Shown: in pieces, positions 1 to 6,763 of the stretch
How positions within the stretch are numbered: position 1 is the first letter of the stretch
How the letters are laid out: each line of letters begins with the position of its first letter
Origin: Candidatus Krumholzibacteriia bacterium
GTDB lineage: Bacteria > Krumholzibacteriota > Krumholzibacteriia > WVZY01
Assembly: GCA_046754105.1 (NCBI GenBank)
Contig: JBHHVD010000101.1
Span: forward strand, 1 to 10,077
Reading direction: 5' to 3'
Length of the DNA stretch: 10,077 nucleotides
Translations under genes and position numbers: made by a program
Notes under the pieces: model-generated
Database searches by the model: none
What the model was told of the DNA's origin: nothing
What the model saw: only the letters and a program-made list of their open reading frames with translations

Positions 1-10
1 TTTCCTGAGA

Positions 11-1507
11 TTAGCGGGAGAGGCCCCCGAATATCGCCCGGATTTCACCGGTCGTGATGAAGCGCAGCCGCAAGGAGACGGCGAAATAGACGATAAAGTA
101 CGCGGCCGCGGTCAGGCCGAGCTCGACCACGTTGTCCACCTCAACGTACCGATACAGCAAGTATACGGCAACGCCATGGCCGAAGGCCACTGCGAGCCGC
201 TTGGCGAGCTCCATCCACGGCATCAACTTGAAGAACGGAACCCCGAGCAGCCGGCCGGCCTTTGCCATGTTCAACCCGTTTTGCAAATAAACGACGATGA
301 CGGTGGCAATCGGCACACCCAGCCTGCCGAACTGCCGGTACAGGAGGATGCTCAAGACGACGTTGGTCGCGAACGCTGCCGCGTTGACCTTGAGCAGGAA
401 CGGGGTCTTCTTGAAGACCATGATCACGCCCCCCGTCTCCACCGTGGATCGAAGGAACAGAAACAGATAGATCATAAAGACGGGAACCGCGCCCGCATAC
501 GCCTCGCGGAACAGAATAGTGACAAACGGTCTCGCGGCCACCTCGAAAAAAATGAAAATCGGGAAAAACACCGTCGCCGTCTTCAGGGTGGCCCGCTGCC
601 ACAGCCCGAGAATCTCCCCGTACCTGCCCTCGCTTTGCATCTGCGACATGAGGGGGAAGGTCACACTCGTGATCGAGCTCCGGATGATACCCACGAACGG
701 GATCTGGAACGCCCCGATCGAGTAGATGGCAAACGCTTCCCTGCCCAGAAACTTCGTGATGAGGAACTTGTCGGTCTGCGTCAGCAGCAGAAGAACGATG
801 GCCGCCATCCCCAGGGGCAGAGCGTACGAGAGCTGCTCGCGGATGGATCGTATCGAAACCCGTCGCAAGGACGGCCGGTAGACGGCCGACGCGTAGCTCA
901 GAGCGAATACGAATTTCAGCGCCGCAAAAGCCGTCAGTCCCCAGACCAGCAGGCTTACGTTTCTCGTGAAATACGAGATGAGAATGACCGTCACCGCCTG
1001 CAGGGTCGACGACACCACCTGGTACACCGACTGCCGTTCCACCTGCTTCTCCGCCACGAAGAGCGACTCCATGTAATGAGCAGTCATCATAAAGAGGGTA
1101 AAGAGACACAGGTGCCAGAAGTACTGCTTCACAACACCGCCCAGGCCTTCCCCGAGTACCGCGTAGAGCACGCCGTAGACCGCCCAGGACACGATTCCCC
1201 CGGCGACGAGAAACACGATGGTTTGTGTCAGGTAGACCGACTTCTCGCGGCGACCGCTCGCCCGTGGAAAATAGTAGAGCAGGCTGCGATCGAAAGACAT
1301 GATGAGCAGGGGGGAAATCGTTTCGAACAGGAGCCAGTACTGCCGGTAGACGCCGTAATCGTGCACGCTCAGCGCGCGCACGTTGACCAGCGGCACAAAA
1401 AACATCGCCAGGTAAGCGGCGAACCGCCCCAGCGTGAGGATGCCGACTTGATAACTGAGGGTCCGTGCCAAGTACTCGAAATTCCCGGTTGATGCGGTGG
1501 AGACCAC
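11..1507 (-). CDS. Oligosaccharide/polysaccharide flippase (Wzx-like, MOP superfamily), 498 aa
   Basis: About 12-14 hydrophobic segments. Family-typical features: N-terminal 'RALSVHDYGVY', central 'LSYALPL...LLTQTDKFLITKFLGREAFAIYSIG', and 'VTFPLMS'. GTG start follows a good sigma70-like promoter, but there is no clear SD, so the exact start is uncertain. Confidence 0.85.
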   Translation of the reverse strand: MVSTASTGNFEYLARTLSYQVGILTLGRFAAYLAMFFVPLVNVRALSVHDYGVYRQYWLLFETISPLLIMSFDRSLLYYFPRASGRREKSVYLTQTIVFLVAGGIVSWAVYGVLYAVLGEGLGGVVKQYFWHLCLFTLFMMTAHYMESLFVAEKQVERQSVYQVVSSTLQAVTVILISYFTRNVSLLVWGLTAFAALKFVFALSYASAVYRPSLRRVSIRSIREQLSYALPLGMAAIVLLLLTQTDKFLITKFLGREAFAIYSIGAFQIPFVGIIRSSITSVTFPLMSQMQSEGRYGEILGLWQRATLKTATVFFPIFIFFEVAARPFVTILFREAYAGAVPVFMIYLFLFLRSTVETGGVIMVFKKTPFLLKVNAAAFATNVVLSILLYRQFGRLGVPIATVIVVYLQNGLNMAKAGRLLGVPFFKLMPWMELAKRLAVAFGHGVAVYLLYRYVEVDNVVELGLTAAAYFIVYFAVSLRLRFITTGEIRAIFGGLSR

Positions 1508-1529
1508 GCAGGGTGGTTAGAAATGCCCT

Positions 1530-1558
1530 AAGATACACTAACTAAAGGAGTTTTGCAA
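1530..1558 (-). promoter_or_regulatory. Putative sigma70-type promoter for the flippase gene
   Basis: Minus strand reads TTGCAA (1558-1553), 17 nt, TATCTT (1535-1530), in an AT-rich gap just after the upstream gene's terminator. Confidence 0.55.
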
Positions 1559-1560
1559 TC

Positions 1561-1596
1561 AAAAAAAAGGCCTGCGTGACGTGTCACGCAGGCCTT
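1561..1596 (-). terminator. Intrinsic terminator of the HTH-EIIA gene
   Basis: Perfect inverted repeat AAGGCCTGCGTGAC (1567-1580) / GTCACGCAGGCCTT (1583-1596) running into A8 (1561-1568), i.e. a U8 tail on the minus strand, about 37 nt after the stop at 1633. Confidence 0.85.
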
Positions 1597-1632
1597 GTGT
1601 GATACCGCGACGAAGGCGATGTAAACGGTGCC

Positions 1633-2517
1633 CTAGTCGCTGCCGATACGTTTGTCCCACTTGAGAATCGTCTTGTACAGCTCACGGTTGGTTCTGGCGC
1701 CTCGGAACGCGTCGAGAAATTCCGGCGTCGAGCACAGCCGTGCGATTCGGGCCAGGATCGAAATGTGAAACTCCGGTTTGCTCTCGTTGCCGATCACGAA
1801 GAAAACCGTCTTGACCCGGCCGTCACCGTTACTGCTAAACGGAACCGCACGCTTTAGCGACGCGGCACCGATAATCGGGCGATCGAGATCCGTCATGAAC
1901 GCGTGCGGGATGGCAACCCCCCCGCCTACGATCGTCGGGGCCTGCTTCTCCCGGTGTTCGAGCCGCTCCAGGACGGCGTCCGCCGCCAGCGACTTGTTGC
2001 GCTTGGTCACGAGCTTGGAAAACCTCTGGAACAGCCGTGCCTTGTTCTGAACCATGGCGCCGGCCGAACAGAGCGCCGGATCGAGATACTCCTCCAGCCC
2101 CTGCGACATCTTCTTCGGATCCCGCTTTTTCTTGCGCGTCGCGGGCAGTGTCGCCTTGCGCACAAAACCCTTGCCTGCCCTGGCTTTCAGGGCCTCCCGC
2201 AGGTCCGCAAAATCCTCCGCGGCCAGGCCGCTATTCATCGCTACCGCCATGAATTCGGCCGCTTCGGGGGTTTCCCGCAGAAACTGGAGCAAATCAGGGT
2301 GTACCTGGCGAGCCGTGCCCAGCAAATACGCGTCGGAAACGCCGAGCATATCGGCCACCTGGACGATGCGCTGTTTCGGGATCTTGTGCTGCCTGCCCGC
2401 CTCTATCTGGCTCAAAAACGCGGGCGACACTCCCAGCTTTTTCGCCAATTTTCTCAAGCTTATGCCTTTCGCCTGTCTTAAAAGCCGTATCGTCGGCCCA
2501 AAGGCGATGCCTTGCAT
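1633..2517 (-). CDS. XRE-family helix-turn-helix protein fused to a PTS EIIA (fructose/mannitol/Ntr-type) domain, ~294 aa
   Basis: N-terminal XRE HTH 'FGPTIRLLRQAKGISLRKLAKKLGVSPAFLSQIEAG'. C-terminal EIIA 'HREKQAPTIVGGGVAIPHA...HISILARIARL' with the phospho-acceptor His (codon 1905-1903). ATG at 2517 is preceded by SD AAGGAG and is preferred over the track's TTG at 2550. Confidence 0.85.
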   Translation of the reverse strand: MQGIAFGPTIRLLRQAKGISLRKLAKKLGVSPAFLSQIEAGRQHKIPKQRIVQVADMLGVSDAYLLGTARQVHPDLLQFLRETPEAAEFMAVAMNSGLAAEDFADLREALKARAGKGFVRKATLPATRKKKRDPKKMSQGLEEYLDPALCSAGAMVQNKARLFQRFSKLVTKRNKSLAADAVLERLEHREKQAPTIVGGGVAIPHAFMTDLDRPIIGAASLKRAVPFSSNGDGRVKTVFFVIGNESKPEFHISILARIARLCSTPEFLDAFRGARTNRELYKTILKWDKRIGSD

Positions 2518-2554
2518 GGGTGCTCCTTTCTGATGTGAAAGTCTGCTCAAATGT

Positions 2555-2583
2555 ACACTGAACGATTATGTATGGAATGTCAA
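2555..2583 (-). promoter_or_regulatory. Putative sigma70-type promoter of the HTH-EIIA gene
   Basis: Perfect TTGACA (2583-2578, minus strand), 17 nt, weak -10 CAGTGT (2560-2555); AT-rich region. Confidence 0.4.
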
Positions 2584-2605
2584 GCCAAAACGCCCGGCGG
2601 CCCCG

Positions 2606-2670
2606 AAAAATCAACGCACCGGCCGCATTTTCTCACAAAAATCTATGCATCCGGGGAAAAATCTATGCAT
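2606..2670. repeat. Three 14-bp direct repeats (candidate operator/activator sites)
   Basis: AAAAATCTATGCAT at 2637-2650 and 2657-2670 (identical) and AAAAATCAACGCAC at 2606-2619 (11/14 identical). Start-to-start spacings are 31 and 20 bp. Confidence 0.7.
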
Positions 2671-2700
2671 TTTGACGAACGAGGCTCCAATCCGAATCGT

Positions 2701-3939
2701 TCACCCCTGCAGCGCTACGTGTGCGAAAACCTTGGCATCATCCAGCATGGCGGAGATCCGGCAGTATTCGTCGGGAGCATGTGCGTTCTCGTCCTGCGTC
2801 GCCCAGATCGCGCAATTGTAGCCGGCTTCCCGAAAGTACTTGCCCACCGTTCCGCCACCGATGCCCATCGGTTTCGGCTTGCGGTCTCGAAGCGCCTCCA
2901 CGGCCCGCGCGATCGCCACGGCCACCGGTGCGTCGTGGGGCGTTGGGGGCGCGGCGGATTCCTTCTGGGGATACTCCATGGCAATCGTTACCTGGTACCG
3001 TTTTTCGGTTTCCCGTACGAATTCTGTGATGGCCTCGATAACATCGCCCAGCTGGTAGCCCGGGAGCACGCGGCAGTCGAAATAAAACACGTCCTCGCCG
3101 GGAATCGTATTCACGTTGGGAACGTTGGCGGCCCGCTTCGTGGGCTCGAAGGTCGATATCGGGGGGTCGAAAAGCCCGTCGCTGTCGCCGAACTTCTCGT
3201 AGAGCGTGTCGAGCCGGGTCGCCAGGTAGCATGCGGCCTTGTGGGCGTTTACCCCCTTCTCCGGAGTGGAGGCGTGCGTCTGCTTGCCGCTGGTGTGAAA
3301 TCGCACCCACAAGATGCTCTTTTCGGCGACCTCCACCATGGTCCCCTGCGAGTCCCCCGCATCGGGGATAATTATGAGATCGTCCTTGCCGAAGAGATCC
3401 TTTTCCGTATCGAGAAGATACTGTACGCCGAACTTGCTGCCCGTCTCCTCATCGGCGCACAGGATCAATCCGAACGGCAAACGCGGGGACATGCCGGTCT
3501 CGTGAAACGCGCGCGCGGCCAGAAGAGAGGACACCATGCCCTGCTGGTTGTCCTCGGTGCCGCGGCCGATGACCTTGTCCCCATCCACTCGCACGTTCCA
3601 CGGGTCACCCGTCCACTTGCTCAGGTCCCCCGGCGGGACCACGTCCATGTGGGTCATGATCCATAACCTGGGCGAGGAGACCTTACCCGGGACGACGGCG
3701 ACCAGGTTGGGCCGGTAGCCGCAGGGCACGCGTTTGTCGGGCGCGTTGTATTGCCGGATATCCGTCACCCCGATATTCTCGAGGTAGCGCTTGAGAAATT
3801 TCGCCTTCGCATCTTCGCCCTGCCCCTCGTTTTCGGGACCCAGGGCCGGCAGCTTGCACAATTCGGTCTGCAGCCGCACCGATTCTTTTTCGTAGCCGTC
3901 GATGGCGGTCGTGAGACGTTTCAATACGGAATCGTTCAT
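2701..3939 (-). CDS. M20-family dinuclear metallohydrolase (ArgE/DapE-like peptidase/deacylase), 412 aa
   Basis: Motifs HMDVVP, GRGTEDN, DEETGS, 'VAEKS', 'GKQTHASTPEKGVNA', 'NTIPG...FDCR', 'IGGGT', 'AHAPDEY'. SD GGAG precedes ATG 3939. No signal peptide visible. Confidence 0.9.
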   Translation of the reverse strand: MNDSVLKRLTTAIDGYEKESVRLQTELCKLPALGPENEGQGEDAKAKFLKRYLENIGVTDIRQYNAPDKRVPCGYRPNLVAVVPGKVSSPRLWIMTHMDVVPPGDLSKWTGDPWNVRVDGDKVIGRGTEDNQQGMVSSLLAARAFHETGMSPRLPFGLILCADEETGSKFGVQYLLDTEKDLFGKDDLIIIPDAGDSQGTMVEVAEKSILWVRFHTSGKQTHASTPEKGVNAHKAACYLATRLDTLYEKFGDSDGLFDPPISTFEPTKRAANVPNVNTIPGEDVFYFDCRVLPGYQLGDVIEAITEFVRETEKRYQVTIAMEYPQKESAAPPTPHDAPVAVAIARAVEALRDRKPKPMGIGGGTVGKYFREAGYNCAIWATQDENAHAPDEYCRISAMLDDAKVFAHVALQG

Positions 3940-3992
3940 GAATCACTCCAATCGGGAATCAACGGGACGGCACGGTTGCGCGGAGGCCCGAA

Positions 3993-4331
3993 TCATCGTT
4001 TCCAGTCGATCAAACCGTTCTTGCGCATGTGCTCCAGGAACACCCCCAAACGGTCGTACACGGGCTCGATGCGTTCCCCAAAATGCTCGTGCAGCGACTC
4101 CCCGATCTCGTGAACCGATCGGCGCCCGTCGCACAGACGCCACACGCACGCCCCGACCTCGTCGAGCTGAACGCGAACCGGCTTGGGGTTGAGAAATCGT
4201 TTGAGTACACCGCCGACCGGGCCGCCGCCGTAACGCGGCATCAGCACGTCGACGGTCCCGTCCCCACGCTCCTCGAACCGCCACTTCTGCCGCGGGATGA
4301 GCTCGTAGAAATTCCTGACGTCCTTTGCCAT
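3993..4331 (-). CDS. Stand-alone PqqD-family protein (RiPP recognition element, RRE fold), 112 aa
   Basis: 'LDEVGACVWRLCDGRRSVHEIGESLHEHFG...RLGVFLEHMRKNGLI' matches the PqqD pattern L[ND]xxGxxxWxLxDGxR[ST]VxEIxxxL...FLxxLxxxGLI. Its ATG directly abuts the OPT stop (TAG-ATG). Confidence 0.85.
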   Translation of the reverse strand: MAKDVRNFYELIPRQKWRFEERGDGTVDVLMPRYGGGPVGGVLKRFLNPKPVRVQLDEVGACVWRLCDGRRSVHEIGESLHEHFGERIEPVYDRLGVFLEHMRKNGLIDWKR

Positions 4332-6290
4332 CTATCTGCGTGACGCCTTCAGGGGCGACCGAATCAACACCACGGCCAGGATGGCAAAAATGGCCAGCCC
4401 CAGCCAGGGATTCGGGGTCATCGCGAGGAGGGGTTGCGCCTCGGCCTCCGCGCTCGGGTTGGCCAGCGCCCGTCCCAGCACGACGAACGCGAGGATTACC
4501 GCCATGAGCGATTCCCCGGCGATCAGCCCGGACGAGATCAACACGCCCGCGTTCTCCGCCTTGCGCGTGCTGTCTTCATCCGCGTTCCGCTTGCGCAGTG
4601 CGCGGTCCATGAAATGGCGGATAACGCCACCCACGAATATCGGCGCCGTGGCGGTGAACGGCAGGTACATCCCGACCGCGATCAGCATCGGCGACGGCGC
4701 CCCGATCATGATCAGGGCCACCGCCATGAGCATGCCGACGATTACCAGCGGCCAGGCCATCTCGCCACCGACGATTCCCTTTGCCATGAGCGCCATCAGT
4801 CCCGCCTGCGGTGCCGGCAGGAGATCGCTTCCGATCGTATACACCTCGTGCAGCGCGCTGATCGCGAAGGCCAGAAAGAGTGCGGCAAACACGACGCCGA
4901 TCAGCTCGGCGATCTCCATCTTGCGCGGCGATCCCCCGAGGATGTGTCCCACCTTGAGATCCTGCATCATATCGCCCGCGATCCCCGCGGCGCAGCAGAT
5001 CACGCCCGAGATGCCCAACACCGCCATGATCCCCTTGGGCCCGGTGATCTTGAGCGCGACCATGATAATCGCCGCGATCAGAAGCGTGCTCAACGTCAGC
5101 CCGCTGATGGGGTTGTTCGACGACCCGATCAGGCCGACGAGGTACCCGGCGACGGCAGCGAAGAGGAACCCGAGAATGACCATGACGATCGTGAGCAGCA
5201 CCGAGCCGATGATCGAACCACTGAAATACGCGTAAAGAACCAGCATCGGGATCGCCAGCAAACCGATACCCGCGAACACCCGCTTGAAGTCGAGGTCGGT
5301 ATCGAGGCGGCTCAGGACGCCGCCCGTCTTGGCCGCGTTCAGGTCGCGAATCGCCCTGGAGATGCCGTTGATCAGCGAGGTCCTCAGAGCCCACAGCGTA
5401 GAGAAAGCCGCCACGATCATGGTACCGACGGCGAGCGGCCGAATCTGGTTCGTCCACACCTCGCTGGTGACCGTCGACCAGTCGTGCGACACCGCGAGCG
5501 CTTTCAGCTCCGGATTGAGAAAAACGGCCAGCGGCACCAGCAGCCACCAGCCGAAAACAGCGCCCGCAAAGAGGACGGTCGACACACGCATTCCCACGAT
5601 AAAGCCGACGCCGGTCAGCGCGGGCGAAGCGGATGGCGACTGCAGGAGAATCCCACCGCTATAGGTAAAACTCTGGCCGACCACGTCGATCTTCGAGGAC
5701 GTGAACTTGATGAATCTCGAGAGGCTGTCACCGACCAGCGTGACGCCGTAGCTGTTGTGCAGGATTTCCCACAGGCCCGCGAACCCCATGGCCGCGAAGA
5801 CGTATCCGGCGCCGGTCGCTCCGCCCTGGCCGGCCTTGACGATTTCCGAGGCGGCGACACTCTCGGGAAACGGCAGCGTTGCGTCCTCGACCATCGTGCG
5901 TCGCAACACGATGATAAAAAGCACACCCAGCGTACCACCTACCAGCATGATGAGCGTCGAGTCCCGGTAGTGGAGCGAATCCCACACGCCGGAGAGTACG
6001 AACGCCGGCAGCGTGAAGATTGCTCCCGCCACCAGCGCTTCACCCACCGACGCGGTGGTGCGCGCAATGTTTTCCTCCAGAATGGTCCCTTTGAGCGGCC
6101 GCAGGGCCGCCATGGCCACCACCGCGGCGGGAAAAATGGCCGAGACGGTGATACCGGCCCGCATGCCGAGATAGGCATTCGCGGCGCCGAGCACCAGCGC
6201 CATGAGAACACCGAGCACCATGGCTTTTAGCGTAAGCTCCGCCAGGTTCGTTTCTTCGGCAACGTAGGGTTTGAAGGGTGCTTTCTCCAT
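4332..6290 (-). CDS. OPT-family oligopeptide transporter (bacterial OPT/YSL-like), 652 aa
   Basis: Signature stretches 'ELTLKA...AANAYLGMRAGITVSAIFPAAV', 'LEENIARTTASVGE', 'LPFPESVAASEIV', 'GLIGSSNNPISG', 'DMMQDLKVGHILG', 'LPAPQA', 'AVGMYLP', 'SGLIAGE'. Very hydrophobic. SD GGAGG precedes ATG 6290. Confidence 0.93.
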   Translation of the reverse strand: MEKAPFKPYVAEETNLAELTLKAMVLGVLMALVLGAANAYLGMRAGITVSAIFPAAVVAMAALRPLKGTILEENIARTTASVGEALVAGAIFTLPAFVLSGVWDSLHYRDSTLIMLVGGTLGVLFIIVLRRTMVEDATLPFPESVAASEIVKAGQGGATGAGYVFAAMGFAGLWEILHNSYGVTLVGDSLSRFIKFTSSKIDVVGQSFTYSGGILLQSPSASPALTGVGFIVGMRVSTVLFAGAVFGWWLLVPLAVFLNPELKALAVSHDWSTVTSEVWTNQIRPLAVGTMIVAAFSTLWALRTSLINGISRAIRDLNAAKTGGVLSRLDTDLDFKRVFAGIGLLAIPMLVLYAYFSGSIIGSVLLTIVMVILGFLFAAVAGYLVGLIGSSNNPISGLTLSTLLIAAIIMVALKITGPKGIMAVLGISGVICCAAGIAGDMMQDLKVGHILGGSPRKMEIAELIGVVFAALFLAFAISALHEVYTIGSDLLPAPQAGLMALMAKGIVGGEMAWPLVIVGMLMAVALIMIGAPSPMLIAVGMYLPFTATAPIFVGGVIRHFMDRALRKRNADEDSTRKAENAGVLISSGLIAGESLMAVILAFVVLGRALANPSAEAEAQPLLAMTPNPWLGLAIFAILAVVLIRSPLKASRR

Positions 6291-6356
6291 CGCGCCTCCC
6301 CTCTTGCATGTACCGCTGTGAAGTTGTGCTCTACGGGCAGGAATCCCACAAGTTGA

Positions 6357-6400
6357 ATTATATTAATGCGTTATTTACCAGTGATTGTTGGCGAAGTCAA
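6357..6400 (-). promoter_or_regulatory. Promoter-like elements upstream of the OPT operon
   Basis: Minus strand has a perfect TATAAT (6362-6357) with a poor -35, and a separate TTGACT (6400-6395), 17 nt, TAAATA. AT-rich island; which pair is used is unclear. Confidence 0.4.
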
Positions 6401-6485
6401 GCACAAACGGATGGCGGGGCCCGCTCGGGAGCGGGGCGCGGGTGGCGATGGGTGACCGTGGAGGTGACGGGTTCGGATCGGGGAC

Positions 6486-6555
6486 AAAAAAAGACAGCGC
6501 ACCGCTCTAGTTATCGCCCACTCTGCCTTTTCAAGCGGCGCACTGCCTATTTTTT
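6486..6555 (-). terminator. Large-loop terminator-like hairpin with U-tract and no upstream minus-strand CDS
   Basis: Arms 6548-6534 (AGGCAGUGCGCCGCU) and 6506-6492 (AGCGGUGCGCUGUCU) form 15 bp in minus-strand RNA, with all three non-Watson-Crick positions being G-U wobbles. 27-nt loop; U-tract to 6486. Confidence 0.55.
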
Positions 6556-6763
6556 GGAAGCCAGAACCCGTTCTATCGGTTGGGTAAGGAGAATCACGGG
6601 GAACCGGCTGCGATTTCCCTTTCGTCGCCCGATGCCGTGCAATCCTTACACGAAAATGCTAGGATTTCCAGGCCACTCTGCGTAATCTTCGGAATAGGCT
6701 GATTTCACGTCAGTTGTCCGGGCAGAGAATCGTCCCTGCAAGCTCCCGGCGATCGATAACCCG

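Noticed and set aside
141..1538. Long alternative ORFs 141..1538 (-) and 176..1492 (+)
   Set aside because: They overlap the flippase, are Arg/Gly/His-rich with no motifs, and are typical shadow frames in high-GC coding DNA.
2518..2550. Upstream TTG start for the HTH-EIIA gene
   Set aside because: ATG 2517 has a well-spaced AAGGAG SD, whereas TTG 2550 lies at about the predicted transcription start.
2637..2670. CRISPR-like array
   Set aside because: Repeats are only 14 bp with a 6-bp gap, and no cas genes are present.
2551..3666. 371-aa plus-strand ORF
   Set aside because: Antisense shadow of the M20 gene with no recognisable domain.
3993..4331. PQQ biosynthesis or a RiPP cluster
   Set aside because: No pqqA/B/C/E, radical SAM CxxxCxxC enzyme or other RiPP maturase is present in the window.
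4381..6230. 598-aa and 284-aa plus-strand ORFs and a 323-aa minus-strand ORF
   Set aside because: Antisense or out-of-frame shadows of the OPT gene; the His/Asp/Arg-rich composition is what the reverse complement of hydrophobic codons yields.
6420..6468. Short GC hairpin CCCGCTC/GAGCGGG and three GGTGRC hexamers
   Set aside because: Too short and GC-rich to distinguish from chance; no U-tract.
6547..6597. Minus-strand mini-ORF GTG..TAG (MILLTQPIERVLASKK) as a precursor or leader peptide, ending Lys-Lys at the terminator arm
   Set aside because: No properly spaced SD and no precursor-like features; only Ribo-seq or conservation could rescue it.
6278..6685. 135-aa plus-strand ORF in the spacer and SD-like AAGGAG at 6586-6591
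   Set aside because: No motifs, it overlaps promoter-like and structured sequence, and the AAGGAG has no canonical start codon at SD distance.
6560..6690. Lysine or cobalamin riboswitch (GAAAGGGAAAUCGC on minus; GGGAACCGG and GCCAC on plus)
   Set aside because: Only fragmentary resemblance. I could not build the required conserved helices and motifs; cmscan would settle it.
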